Positions 14,139-27,876 are shown, counted from the first letter of the stretch. The stretch is DNA of 64,000 nt from Parasitella parasitica NRRL 2501 (GCA_025201805.1 MU619263.1:219701-283700); one strand, 5' to 3'. The notes: generated by a model not told the origin, from the letters alone. Translations and numbers: made by a program.

Positions 14139-14772
14139 TTTGTAGAAATCAAACGCCAAAGAAAATGGTGGGAAAAAAAAAAGTAAATGTTCCCCAAACA
14201 GCCCAACCCTTTTTTTTTTTTAATTTTATTCGCATTTGTTTTTTACGATTTGTTTCTGCTGGGAGCTGATCGGGTTTTAGCACAACGGCTCTGATCGGTA
14301 TGGAGAGGGGAGGGAAACAATGACATAATGTCGGAAGATCTAGAGCAGTTCCAATGTTTAAGTTCCCTATGATGTAAAATCCCAATAACCAAAAAATGTG
14401 TGATTTTTTTTGCCCCAAGTACAGCACTTTATTTATTACCAGTAAAAAAAAAAAAGAGCATTCGTTGGCCACTAAAGTTAAACCTCTTGGTGAACAATGG
14501 GCATGTGGAGTCAATCGACGGTTCTAAAAATCATAACGTTCACAAATTATCATCAACGAACACTCTGAAGAGTGTCTCCTTCGATGTGTGTTTCTCTTCA
14601 TACAAAACCAATAAAAAAAACTACACAATTAATCCTCTAAAAAGGGCCCTATGCTTGGCTTTTTGTGCGAGTTTTATTCCAAAAAAAAAATTCCAAAAAA
14701 AAAGAGTGCGTATCATGAAATAAGGAAGATAGAGTGTATATGGTGGTGATGGTGGTGGTTCTTCTTGTTCTT

Positions 14773-15363
14773 TTACTTCTTTTTGCCAAAAGTCAAAGGA
14801 TCGCCAATATTCTTTCCTCTTAATTTGACGCCAAGAGCACGTTCCAGCTTACCGAGGACGTTTTGATTAGGAATAGCCTTACCAGACTCATAATCCTGGA
14901 CAACTTGAGGCTTTTCATTGATAAGTTGTGCCACTTCCGATTGTTTCAAGTTCTTATTGCTACGAGCAGTTTGAATAGCTTTACCTACAGAAACATCGAC
15001 ACGGGGAGGAGGGGCGACATCATTCTCACGATCGATCTTGGCAATACGACGATGATCTGTGTTGGCATGGCCAGCGTTAGTAACGTTCTTTTTTTCTGTT
15101 GAAATAGCAGCACCAGCCTATGTAAGAAAGAAAAAAAAAAAAGATTGTCAAATTATTACGTAAAATAACACGAATTAGAATCATAGGCTTACTCTTCTGG
15201 CAGCATTGAGTTCAGTTGTAGAACGAGTGACAGTGGCCTTGTCAGTACGCTTACGAAGAATGGTAGTTTGGTCCCAGTCTATACAATCACACACACGCAC
15301 ACACATTAAGTCTCTCTCGCTTCATTGTCACTGTTGCAGATTTATACAAAACTTACCAGACAT
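14773..15363 (-). CDS. MBF1: Multiprotein bridging factor 1
   Basis: Absent from the ORF track; spliced MSDWDQTTILRK..LNAARR..RIAKIDRENDV..INEKPQVVQDYESGKAIPNQNVLGKLERALGVKLRGKNIG. Confidence 0.95.
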
Positions 15364-15631
15364 ATTTCTATAATGTTTTGTTTGAAAAAAAAAAAAAAAA
15401 AAGAAAAAGGAGAGAAAATTTTGTAAACCGCAGCTTTTTGTTGCCTCAAATTATTAAATATCAAAATTTACTGGCATTGAAGTACCAATGGGATTGTGTC
15501 AAGGTGAGGCCTTGGAAAGCCATGGAAAGATCTCGCTGTAATTTAATATGGCATCTGCTGACAGGTGGTGCTACGACTCCTCCTCAAGTGGCGACGGGGA
15601 CATGCGACATTAACAAGAGAAAAGGGCCCGT

Positions 15632-16647
15632 TTATTTTCTAACAGTTTTTGCTCTTTCAACGAAATAACGAGCTTCTTTGGCCCTATGTATAATGGCGCC
15701 GCGCACAGTGCCTCTTTTAAGCAACTTGCGTCCCTTTTGCACGGGGATATTCCTGCGTCTTTCGTCTCTTCTCTTTTTAAACAACTCTCGTCTATCTCTG
15801 ATTTCCTCATCACTAACTCTTGTGGCCGAAGCATATTGTAGGTAGGTGCTGTCGATTAGTTTGTGACAGTCTACCATGCGCTTTGGCATGTTTTGGATCA
15901 CTTGAAAGACTTCCAACGGATCGCTTACTGCTAGGATCTCGCCTTCATTTAATTTGAATATGCCCAACGCAATTCGAAACAGGACCTTTTGTCCGTCGCT
16001 AAGTAGGGATTAGACATGTTGCGCGTAAAACACAAAAGCACAAAAAACTCACTAGAATAAGCAATCCCACACACGAAGTACGCTCTACACACGTTTGCGG
16101 TCAGTTATTGGCAGCGGGGGGGGGGAGGGGAAATTAAAAGCTTACCTCAATTGGCAGAATGTTGATGAATAGTGTCAAAAACCAATGGCTTGTCACCAGA
16201 GAGCATGTAGGCATACCCGTTCCTTCCTGTTCTTCGCACTCCCAGAACGATTTTCCTTCGGATATTCTGTTCCACACCTGCGGGTATCTTTCCGAAATCA
16301 GAATCATGAGCACATTTTGGTCGACATTAGCCCCCTCCATGGTCACATCGTAGGTGTTTGGCGGGAGGATATCATTGACCAGCGTCACAAACGTCCAAAA
16401 CGTCTCCTCTTCGTCCATAAACAGCAAAAGCATGCCAGCAATGTAATTCAGCGACTGACAGTAGCCGATGGAGGGTGTGTAGATGGAGAAGGCTAGCAAA
16501 ACTCTTTTTAATGACTTGATGATGGGTATGTTCATTTTCTCTTCCGGCGTTATTGGCGTGCTGCTTTGCAAGTGTGATTCAGGGCGAAATTGGTTGTTTT
16601 CCGGAAAGGTGCGATGCAAATCTAAATCCATGTCAGCCACAAATACA

Positions 16648-16683
<36 letters not shown>

Positions 16684-17979
16684 ACTACCTCTTTCAATAA
16701 TGTCAAGATTTTCATTCTGACTTCCCATCGCCTCTGCGCGTTCCACCAGATCATAAAACACGCCTTTGTTTGCATCCATTTTTGATTTCGCCCCACTGTA
16801 ATGCAACCAAGCCTGCAAGGCGATGGTTATTAACATGCAGTTTTTTTTTTTTTTTTTTTTTGTATATTTTGCAAACTATCACTTGCCTGTCCTCTTAATT
16901 CCGGTGGAATGCCTTTTCGGATATAGCGCTTAACTTGAGGGGCAAGGGCGGGTTTGCAATAAGTATACGCAGCCATTTCACTGTTTTATCTGTTTTTTTC
17001 CTTACTTTTACTACTTCTTGCTGGCCATTGATCATGATTCTCTGTCAATAGCTGTCGCCATTTCAATAATCGCCGTTTCATGATTGGCGCATAGGAGTGG
17101 TCAAATGCATCAAAAGCATCCTCAGATATCCATTGAGTGCTCTTCAGGAACCCGTATTGATCTCTAGAATAGCACATACACATCCGCATTTTAGTAGCAG
17201 ACCTATACGGGACCTTGTTTTTCCTGTTACCTTTGCTCTGTCTGCTTTTGCGGAGGAGGGTAAATGGCATTGGAGCCGTCGTCATACAGCTGCTTGCTAC
17301 TGTTTGTCGTAGTCGTACTACTGCTTCTGCTGCCAAGGATAGTGCCAAAAACCCCTTTATCCAATCCGCCATTCCCTGCCGCCCCTTTCCTAATGCTTTT
17401 GCGTGAAATAACTAGTTTTTCCTTGAATGAATTTGCAAGGGATCTATTGTGGTCCTCTGCAGAAATCGGAGACGGTGAATCTATAAGTGATACATGCCAC
17501 AATATGAGGATTCCTGTGTAATCTCGAAATTAATAAAAAAATAAAAATAAAAAAAGCTTACCAAGGTGTGATTTGCTTGCTTGCATTTCATGAGTGGAAA
17601 TGGCAGCTGCAGACTCTCGATCGTTTGAGGAATTGGCATCATCATCATCATCGTCATTCTCTTCAGATGCTGATTCGTCGATGGAGGAGGCTCCACCAGT
17701 GGGGTGCTGCTGACTGACCTGTAGAAAGTTGCTGTCAGAAGCCTTTGCTTTGGGACGCTGTTGTTGTCGTTGTTTTTGTCGGCTTCTGCGCTGATGGGAA
17801 TCAAAGCTTGGTCTTCTTGCTGAGTTGGAAGCAGTGGTATTGAACGGGGAATCGGATTGTTGGCGTCGGATGGCTGGATAGTTGAACGATGAAGCACGGG
17901 TGCGAGTGTATTTCTTGAGGTTGTGCTCGTCCACTGTAGCAGGTGGCCGAGATGGAAAAGACATTTCTTGTAGCAGCAA
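15632..17979 (-). CDS. TBC-domain Rab GTPase-activating protein
   Basis: RKGIPPELRGQAW, IERDLHRTFP (Arg finger), GYCQSLNY (Gln finger), WFLTLF, RVWDC; multi-exon. Confidence 0.9.
16651..16681. repeat. (TG)n microsatellite, intronic
   Basis: Direct reading. Confidence 0.9.
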
Positions 17980-19202
17980 TCAAGGAGAGCGACAGAAACA
18001 AGTAAAAGAGGGAGGGTATACAATGTTAGGGAGATTGGCAACACTAGTGATTACAAGAAGAAGAAGAGAAGAAAGGTGTCTTCAGTGACGGTTCCCTCTT
18101 TTTCTACCATTCTATCCGTTAAAGCGTTGTACATGATAATCCTGTGTGCATGGCGAATGTACAAATCAAGCAAACACATGGAAGGTGATCAAAGTAGTAC
18201 AGACCATGTTGGTGTTATATTAGCTCGGCAATTCAAGATTGATTATACTCTGTACGAACAGATTCTGGCAGCAGCGATGTTTAACAACTGTTGGTGTTTC
18301 TCACTCTTGCATGCCTATTCTAGCGTGCTCCTGGTTGTCTGTCTTTGTGCGCTTGCTAACGATATACATATTGTAGATGACAAATCGAGAAATCAAAACG
18401 AGACAACTGTCTGGTTTTTACATGTCCAGTTTCCTCTTTTATACAAGAATATGTTTCCAAACTTGACGATAAAGACATTGGCTTGTGCTATATTACTTGT
18501 TGGCAAATTCAGCACAGCCAATACACATACACATACACATGTTGTATCAATTTACACATCATTAGACCACATGGAAGGCGACGTAATGAAACTGATCGAC
18601 ATTAAATAAGGAGCTAATATATACAAACTGGCGCAAGATAGCAAGCGACTATCACATTTTTGTTCTTGAGCAGTTTTACATGATGATGATGTGAAAAATA
18701 CAACCTTGGTGTGTTTCAAATGTTGTCAAGCATCCACTCTGTGCATTATTTGCGCAAACGTGCAATTGCATAGTCAAATCCTATACTCTGTCTGGGTATG
18801 TGCATCCGCTTGCATCATACGCAAATTACGATTATTAAATATCTTTGACTTATGAAACGCAACGACTGTTACCTGGTGAGCAAAGCTTTGGATTTTCATG
18901 TAAGATGCGATTTTTGTGCAAACTGTTAATTCTATACAAAGACAAACGAAGCGTCTTTTACATCATTTGCAGCTGTCATTTATGCTAGAAGCTTTTCCTC
19001 TAGCCATAAAATGTGTCGCTGACTGCAAACGTGTAACAAAGCTTGGCACGTGAAATGCCTTTTGGTTAGAGCTCGCAATCACATCCCACGCTTTGGAATT
19101 ACCCAGAAGTTCCAAGACACCCCCCCCCTTTTTTTTTGTCCTTTTGTTTTCCTCTTCTCTATCTTGTTTCGAGTGAAGGAACAGTGAATAATAAAAGAGA
19201 AA

Positions 19203-21218
19203 ATGCACAGGATGTTCAAAAAAGGCCTTTTTCTCCAAAAACACTTTTTTTCTACTGTTCAAATCATCCGTCGAAAGCATTTTAACATAGAGACAGCAGC
19301 AACAACAACGCCACTACCGAAAGGTACAGTGCTCTCCATGTCCTTGAATCATTGTCTTTTGTTAACAGAAAACACACAACAGTGTTTAATACCAACAGTG
19401 ATAGACAATCGGAAAAGACTTGCAATCGACTGTTTGTGCAGGAGCTGCTCCAAAGAATCACTGAAGATACCAACAGCTTGCCACCGCCATTATTTACGGA
19501 AAAATGCTGCAAATTTTACAAGCAACTGGATAGAGTATGTTGACATTCAAGGTAAAGGTTCCAACTGATAATTAAGTGCGCATTTACATAGGCGGGTAAA
19601 CTAGAGTTTTTTGATGTGCTGTCAAAGGAATTCGGTAGGTCATTTGCAAAGCAGTAACCATGACACTCATATCAATTGACGAACCACCCCCACCCCCTCC
19701 CCGCATTGAACCAAGATGTCGACCGAGAAAATGCAGTGAAAAAGGCAAAAGAGTATCTCGTCGCAGGAAGGGACAGGAGCGACACTTTTCAAGTAATTGG
19801 ATCAATACCACCCCCCCCCCCACAAGTCGCATCAAACTCATGCTAAAGGCGATTTTATGCTTGTGTAGGTTGAGAAGAGCTTGCAGCATATTTTGGAGCC
19901 CAGGTACAATGTTTTCCTGGATAGAGTGCATCAACTTCCGAATGGGCTCAAATGTTTGGCGGACATGAGAGCAGATTTACTTGTAAGCACCCATTAAGAC
20001 GTACGGGGGAGAGTGGGTACTAAAAAACAACAACAACAACAACACACGGCAGGATATGATGGGCTCAAGAGGAAGCCCTGCATACAACAAATTCTCTAGC
20101 CTGGAGCAAAATATTCGGCTAAAGTTGAAGAGATATGTCATTGGATTCTTAAAGTTGGAACGGATCACTTGGGAACAGAGCTCAGCATCACTGCTTGAAA
20201 AGGTACATTGTGTGAATTCAAAATGCTTTTTCTTGCAACTCTAAAAAAACGAGCAAAACATACACCCCCTCCCAAAAAAAAAGATTTGCCTTTATGAAGC
20301 AGTGCATCAAGTGCGAGATTGGAAGGACATCAAAAGACGCTTAGGACTTGATCGTCGAGTGTATGCATTCTTTGAAAACAACACGCCCGACGAGCCGCTA
20401 GTATTTGTGCATGTTGCTCTTTTGCCCACTATGGCAAACTCTGTCCAGGCCATTCTAAATGCACCCTGTCCAGCAGAGAGTGATTTGGATGCATCCGAGT
20501 TCAAATATGCCATTTGCTATTCCATCACAACACAGCATGGACTGGGCGGCATCAATCTAGGCAATTATTTGATCAAACAAGCATTAGATGATTTGCAAAG
20601 AGAGTTCCCCTTGCTAAAGGTATTTGCTACACTCAGTCCCATGCCGGGATATAGACAATGGCTGTGGGACCACATAGACAGCGACAATACCGTACAAGCA
20701 GAGTTTGATCATGTGCAAGACTGGAAGCATGTTGGTATAGGCTTTCTCGCATAATCTACGTAGAATTCACCCTTTTGTTTGCAGAAATTGAATAGGTTCA
20801 GCAGGGAAGATCAGGAAGAATTGAAAGCTCCATTGATGCGATTGTGCTCCAGATACATTTTATCTGAAAAGCAAGCAAGTAACAATGCCCTTGATCCTGT
20901 TGGTAAGTCTCTGCTGGAATAGCGTTTTGGTAGAGTCTTTTTTGTAACCTGTTAAAAAAAACACATTACATTATAGCTAATTTTCATTTGCGAAATGGCG
21001 CATGTGCTCATCAAATTCATTGGCAAGCAGACACATCCGAGAAGGGCATTCGAGATTCGTTTGGGATCATGATAAACTACAACTATATCACAGACAGACT
21101 AGAAAGTAATCATCGACTATACCAGAAGAATGGCACAATATCTGTCAGCAGTGAGCCAGCAGGCGACAAACAAGAAACAAGCTGGCTCTCCCAGTGGGTC
21201 ACTGAAAAGCAGCGATAA
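19203..21218 (+). CDS. MLYCD: Malonyl-CoA decarboxylase with probable mitochondrial presequence
   Basis: LERITW..SASLLEK, EAVHQVRDWKDIKRRLG..RRVYAFF, EPLVFVHVAL, GINLGNYLIK, FATLSPMPG, DPVANFHLRNGA, WQADTSEKG; about 9 introns. Confidence 0.9.
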
Positions 21219-21274
21219 CAATAAAACGAAAACGATTATTTTAATGTGTAACATGTTGTAGTGGTATAACTTTT

Positions 21275-22126
21275 TCAAAACCAATAGTAGCGAAGAGCAA
21301 GTACTAACAAAACAACGAGTGCAATGGCGACAGGAGGCCCATATTTACGGTACAATGCCTGCAAATTTAAATGGCGGGCTTTGTCCTTGAACATCTTTGC
21401 ACTGTCCTTCAGCTCCCCCGAAATGGTGCTCATACGATCCAAACTATCTCCACGCCACAGCAAATCTTCCATATTTTTGGTCATGATGCGAGTAACATCT
21501 TGCAAATCCTCGTTCAGCTTGGTCAAGTTGCTCTGAGTTCGGGTATCTTGGTAGATTCTCTTTGTCTTTTGCATAAAAGTATCTGTTATCACCGAAAAAA
21601 AAAAAGAGTTTAAACCGGCCCCTTTCTCTTGTCAAGCTTGTTAAAATTTATCGCTTACCAAATTTAACAAATGCATAAGGCCTCAATCCGGGTTTATCGA
21701 CTTCATTCCCGTAGCTCATGTTAAACTCCTTGGCCAACTCCTCCAAATAACTGAACGCAAGCTTGCGAGGATAGGATTGGTCGCAAATGCAGAGATAGCA
21801 AACGCTGCCTTCAATGATATAACTAGAGCTGAATCAACTGTATGCATCTTTGCAATCAAGAAGCTGCACACTTACTGAAACACATATTTCCCTGACTCGA
21901 TAGAACAGCGAGGTTCAGAGTTGGGACTTAGGCGCTTGAAAATAGTCTTTGCTTGTCCTTTATATTCAGCCAACTCTGTTTCGACCTACAACATGTTAAC
22001 GCCAAAGATTCCATTTGGCAGTTTTGTTGATAGCTTTTTTTTCTTTTTTTTTACCTGTTCATCATCCATACTAGCAGCCAAAGGAAGGCCATCCGAGATT
22101 CTGGCAATAATAGTAGTCTTTACCAT
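21275..22126 (-). CDS. SEC22: Longin R-SNARE Sec22
   Basis: MVKTTIIARISDGLPLAASMDD, SYPRKLAFSYL, RPYAFVKFD, NLTKLNEDLQDVTRIMTKN..RGDSL, C-terminal TM. Confidence 0.95.
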
Positions 22127-22536
22127 TTTTTAATGAGTAACTGAAAAGAAGAAAGAGAGAGAGAGATGGAACAAGTGTTGTGAAACTGAATGAATGCGTC
22201 CATAATCTTTTGTGACGTGGCGTGCTGCTACTGTATCAGTACCGTACAGGATTTTAGTCTTGATTGGAACTCTTTTTTTCTCTTTTTTTCTTGAAAATAG
22301 ATATTGGGATGAATCAAGTTGCTGTCGTTATACCACCGCGACACTTGTGCTAAAATGACCGTAGAGCCGAGATCTTATCTGGCCTCAAGATGCCTTCGAG
22401 GGTAATCCGTCCCCTCCGAGGCCGCTTTATATATGAGTAGATACTAATCATATGTAGAGCACATATGAGCTTAACAAAAGGCACATGCTCATCTTCAAGC
22501 GATCACGTTTTTCCCTTTTTCTTATCTTAAACAAAA

Positions 22537-23251
22537 TGAAATCAAGAAAATTCTGCAAATCTTGCCGAATACCAACTCGGCAGTTATGTGTGAAAAGTAG
22601 CTCTTTTGAAAACGTTGATACCAGTGATTTACAAAAGAGGTTTCAACTTTGGAACGGGGTAATTCATGTGTGCAAAAAAAAAAAAAAGAGCAAAAGTAAG
22701 TTAAGACAGCTTCCCATTTCAATGATTATTGCTAACAGTCCATTATTTTAGCTGTGCATATGTACACTTCGAAACTGATGATCTGTCCTCTGTTCGCTAC
22801 CATAGCCGTAGTAGTGCAACGCTAAACGGTGAAAATGTTTTGATTCTACCTGTTATCAAAAACAATGAAGTAGCGAAATATGCACAACCTCCCATCTCCT
22901 TCCGCACCATCAACTTCGGCTTTCGAGCTTCAAGAGCAATCTCAGCAACAATCTCAACGACCTCAACAATCTCAGCAACAACCTCAGCAACCTCAACAAC
23001 CTCAAAAATCTCTGCGACAATCTCAACACAATCCCTTCAATACCATGATGAAGAGAAATCTTGTTGAGGTTGATGACCTGATGGATGGTGTATTAACATT
23101 TGTCACCGATTATCTACAATCAAAGCAGTTGATTCAGCTAACAACAAAAAGAATTTTGCAAGATTTACAGCTTCAGACCTTAGTCGTAATACATAAAGTT
23201 TACCAAATTTATTTTGAAGTCGTTCCATTAAAAAAAAACCATATCAACTAA
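22537..23251 (+). pseudogene. Possible degenerate RRM plus Gln-rich gene (frameshifted or mis-assembled)
   Basis: RNP1-like CAYVHFE; strong intron 22696-22751 (gtaagt..gctaac..ag) is out of phase by a poly-A run; the Q-rich segment lies in another frame. Confidence 0.3.
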
Positions 23252-23592
23252 AACTAAAATCCTGTACATTGCAAAGGTTAATCCCCCCCCCAAATGTGGT
23301 ACATGACTGACAATATTTCATTGAATAAGCTTGTTTCTTTCCTCCTACCTTTGTTCAGACTTAGGTACCGCTTTCTTTGATATTCGTAATGGTATAACAG
23401 AAGTAGTAGTAGTAGCTGTAGAGATGTATACTTTTATTTTTAAAAACGTAAATGTAAAACATAGCAACCGAAGCAACCATTTGCTGATCTGACATTTTTA
23501 CATTTGACAAGATGGGTCACTCTCCCTATATTCTATAGATTTATTTTTATGCTGCGTGTGGTGAATTTTGGATGTCTGCGCTGTTCCATCAA

Positions 23593-24104
23593 CTATTGAC
23601 TAACCAAACAAGTGAGGGCAGCAACAACATCGTTCTTGTTGCTTCTCAAAGCCGACTCGGCTTCTGCTTTAGTAATTTGCATTTCTTTAATCTACAAGCG
23701 TTGTGGGGGGAGGGGGGTTGCTCAGTCTTCGGTTTCTTTAATTTAACTTGTTCTTTTTCTTACCAAAAGATCAACGTCAGCTTTACTGACAGGCTCTGAC
23801 GAAGGTGTTTTGCTATTACAATCAAACAAATTCTCATTATGACGTGATTTAACGATTCATCACCTACAAAGAGACTTACTGTATAGCCTTTTTATGCTCG
23901 TTGGCTAATTCTTGTATTTCCACCAAAGCCTATGTGTACATGTGTTGCGTCAGAATTTGTTTGGCTCATCATGAGTATTGCAGTATGTACCTTGGTGAGT
24001 TTTTCACTGTCGTTCATCTTTTTAGCGCCGCCATGAGAGTGGGAATGAGAATGAGAACCATGGCTATGGTTGCAGTTGGAATGGTCGTGATGATCGTGAG
24101 CCAT
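23593..24104 (-). CDS. HYPK: HYPK-like protein (C-terminal UBA-like domain) with His-rich N-terminus, 4 exons, about 103 aa
   Basis: Spliced C-terminus VSKADVDLLIKEMQITKAEAESALRSNKNDVVAALTCLV resembles the HYPK UBA domain; DSEKLTKALVEI matches the middle helix. Confidence 0.7.
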
Positions 24105-24473
24105 GTTTTTTGTATTATGGGAAAAACGTGTAGAGACAATTATTGCTCTATTCAAGTCACGTAAGTCGGTGGGCTTTGAAAGAAGTGCATACGGTAGTAG
24201 TAGATTGACAGACCCAAACGCATGATCTCCCACCATCAATCACTACTAAGACTGGGCTATTTTAAAAAAGCTTTCAATGCTCTATTATGAGAATTTTGCA
24301 TTGCTGTGAAAAGTATAGCAAACAATCACGCTCATTCGATAGGCTTATTCTGTATCAACAGTTGTTGGATACAAACATTGCATATGTTCCTTAGTCTAAC
24401 ACTTTTTTACTGTGACAATGCACTCGATATTCACACGTTACGATGATTTACGCATATACTCTTTATTATGATA

Positions 24474-26023
24474 TTAAGCAGCATTGACCTCTTGCTCATT
24501 CTCTCTCTTCTTGAGGACCAAAGGTTCACCAGTGATGCGCTTCCACATGTCATGAACATCATCACAGACGGTCTCAAAGTGAGAGGTGGCGTCATACGAA
24601 CGCGAGACGAAGACCTGGTCTTTCTTGCCATCCTCAATAGGGGCCTGTAGGGGAGAGACATAGATAAATCTGCTCAGGAAGCACGTCAGTGAATTAGTGT
24701 CAATGAAACTGTGAGAACCACTTACTTGTCTACGATAGGACCCAAAAGCTTCAAGCCAGCGTCGACCTCGCTTTCTGGATTGGGAGTTTCGACAATGGTG
24801 GAAACAATAGCCAGATAATAATCCTTGTGGCAAACTTGATGGGCCCCACTTACACAAGCAACGTAGATGTCATGCTTACGATTAACTTGCTGTTGGGGAA
24901 GCACAATTTGACAAGAGTCGCTGTCATTCGTGTCAGGGATAGGATGCTTCAAAATACAAATAGCACGAACAACGGAGCCAATGGTCTTGACTTTCTCAGG
25001 AACATAGGAAGGGTCGCAAATAACCATCTTGGCATTGGCGACCTCGCCATCCGCTTTGACGCCAGTGACTTGGCCTTGCTCGTTATACACCAATTCCTCT
25101 ACCTTTTTATTCAGCATATAGGTGCCACCATACACAGCAGAAAGTCTAGGTCATGTAAGTTTACTGCCACAAATGCGAATTGTCAAAAAATTACCTAGCA
25201 AAAGCTTGGGGAAGATCACCAAGGCCGTACATGGGATAGAGATAGGGAGATTTACCGTATCGAAGTACAGAGGCAGCGTATAATCTAACCTTTTCTACAG
25301 TATCACGAGCAGGCTCAGTAAGATAGGTATCGTCCAAGTGAAGAGCCATAGCATGGCCAATAAATTCTTGAGTGGGTGCAGCCAAACCAAACTTTTTAAA
25401 GACTTCAGCGACAGTATTTTTATCGAGATCGAGGTCTTGGTGAGTAGAGGGATCACTGTCCTTGAACTGCTCTGCCCATTCCAAAAAGCTCTTCATACGA
25501 CGCTTTTCAAAGATGCCCATTAACGAGGAGGAAAGGGCCTCTTTTGCGGTTGCAGGCACCTTGCGAACTTTTTGACTACTATAAACATAGGAGCCTGCGA
25601 TTTGCTTGAACTCAAGGTAGCGAGTAACGTCAGTGTGGGTCAAAAAACGAACGATTTCGCCATTAGCCATCATGAACTTGGGGATCAAATCAATGTTCCA
25701 GTCGCGATCTTTGCCCCATTCCTCGGGAGCCTTCTCTCCATGTCTATACTTGTCGAAAAACTAACACAGGGAACAGGTTAGACGACCTACACGACAGCGG
25801 AAAAAGCGCAGCTTACCTGAGTTAGGTTCAAGGAGGCAGACTCGGCGCCGTAATAATCATTGCGATCCATGTGGAGAACCTTCTTACCATCGACCGAGAG
25901 AAGACCAGATAAGATGCATTCGGTCAAGCCGGTGCCCAAAACAATAACGTCGTAGTCAGTGTCCTGCGGTTTGGTTTCTCCAATGTTAATATTGATACAA
26001 CCAGCTCAGCAGTTACTTGCCAT
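24474..26023 (-). CDS. GDI1: Rab GDP-dissociation inhibitor
   Basis: [70 protein letters not shown]. Confidence 0.96.
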
Positions 26024-26552
26024 TTTTACAAATTTCAGTGAATAACAAAAAGAAAAAAAAAAAGAGGAGAGAGAGAGAGAGAAGCGCACAAAAGGAAAGG
26101 GATGCAAATTGCTCCATGACGTGTTTCAACTGCCCCTTTGGCCAATGATGAGTTGTGCGCCTCTGTCTGCAAATCACAGGCAATTGGGAGCATAGAGAAA
26201 ACACAGGCTAAAAGTGATTGCATGAATTTCGCCTCTTATTTTTACACATGATCTGATCAGAAGAAGAAAACAAAGAGATTAATTGACAAACAAGCCTAAA
26301 TTTTGCTGTGAGTTGACCATAGCGCAATGCTGTAGGAACAATGTTGCTTTACTTCAATACCTCGTCTCTATTCCCCCCCCCCCTCTCTCTCTCTCTCTCT
26401 TCTCCTTCTGATGGCATGTCTCGCGGTGTTTCATTAATTGACTAGTTGACAGCATCGTAGGTATATAAACCCTTGGGTGGAAAATAACCGCCAAGCTTGT
26501 TTCTCTTTTTCTCTTTTTCCTTTTTTTTTTTTTTTACACATACTTGATTCCA

Positions 26553-27509
26553 ATGGGTACTCCAGCACCACCACCAAAAGAGAACTATGTCCGGGTTGTG
26601 TCGTTTGACGCAATGACAGATAAAGATCAGCCCAACTACTCGTTCACCTTAAGAGCAAAATCGCAATCATACAAACGCACAAGACGCTCAAGAACATTCA
26701 TGGTGGCAACTGATCTGGCAAATTACAGCGAATACGCTCTCACCTGGGCAACCGATGTAAGTACCAAGTGTGTCATGGCTTTGCGTGCTCGCCAATTTAC
26801 GCTGTGCTGCTAGGAAATCATGGACGACGGAGATGAATTGATTGTTTTACGAGTGGTTACTGTAGACATGAATGGCAAGTACATTGTTGCTCGTTTGAGA
26901 CATTAAAAAGACTAACCTAGTGGGGGGGTGGATGGTGGAAAATAAAAATAGACAAAAAGGCGAATCTTACAAGCCTGTTGGAATACGAAGCTACTCAATC
27001 CAGAGAAAAGGCTAATCAAGTAATGAAGAGGATATTGAAAACGAGTGGAGAGGAAAAAGCAGTAAGTTCTTCTTCACATCCAAACAACTGCATTGGCTTG
27101 ACTAACAGCCCTCGAGATAAGCGTAGTGATTGAGTTTGTCATTGGTAAAGTGCAGGAAACGATTCAACACATGATTGCAATGTACCAGCCATCCCTCTTG
27201 ATTGTGGGCTCAAGAGGGCTTTCTGAATTCAAGGGTATGCTTCTCAATAGCGTGTCTAAATACTGCCTTCAGCATTCGCCTATTCCAGTGGCTGTCGTTA
27301 GACCAGAAGATAAGCTCAAAAAGTCAAAGAAGCTGAGTGGACTAATGCGCGTCAGCAGCGCAGGAAGCGCGGCAGGTAACACAAGCGAGGATGACAACGC
27401 TACGACCGAGGACGAATGCACTGAAAAAAAGTTCAATCGACTTGGTTTGACTGGAGGCTGGAAAAAACCTAAAAGTCGCTCCGGATCAGTGTCCCCCAAA
27501 TCACCCTAA
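26553..27509 (+). CDS. Universal stress protein (USP) domain protein
   Basis: RTFMVATDLANYSEYALTWA, DGDELIVLRV, GKVQETIQHMIAMYQPSLLIVGSRG..SVSKYCLQHSPIPVAVV; 3 introns. Confidence 0.9.
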
Positions 27510-27876
27510 GTCGAGTACCGACGAGCCGCCTGCCTTATTTTATAGAGACGGTTACCTCTTGAATCAAAAATAAATCGATACGTTTTGTTGGGATGTAAGA
27601 TTATTTATAAAGACGGGACTATGTAGCACTCAGTGGGCATCTATCCCCATGTTTACATGCAGCGTTCGTTCACTGCTCAGAGATTTTTTTTTTTTTCAAA
27701 GCAATGCTCTCCTGTAAACGCGGCCAATGCCCAACTGGAAACGATACCGCCAAGTGAGACGTGGGAAACACGCACAAGAAAAGCGACCAATAAGAGAGAT
27801 TTTAACAGGTACATAATAAAACTGACACTGCCCATATTTTCAAATAAAAGAGTGTTTCTTTGCAGCAACCAACAAA

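Noticed and set aside
18076-18609. 177-aa ORF between the TBC and MCD genes
   Set aside because: Non-ATG start, atypical composition, lies in a divergent promoter region
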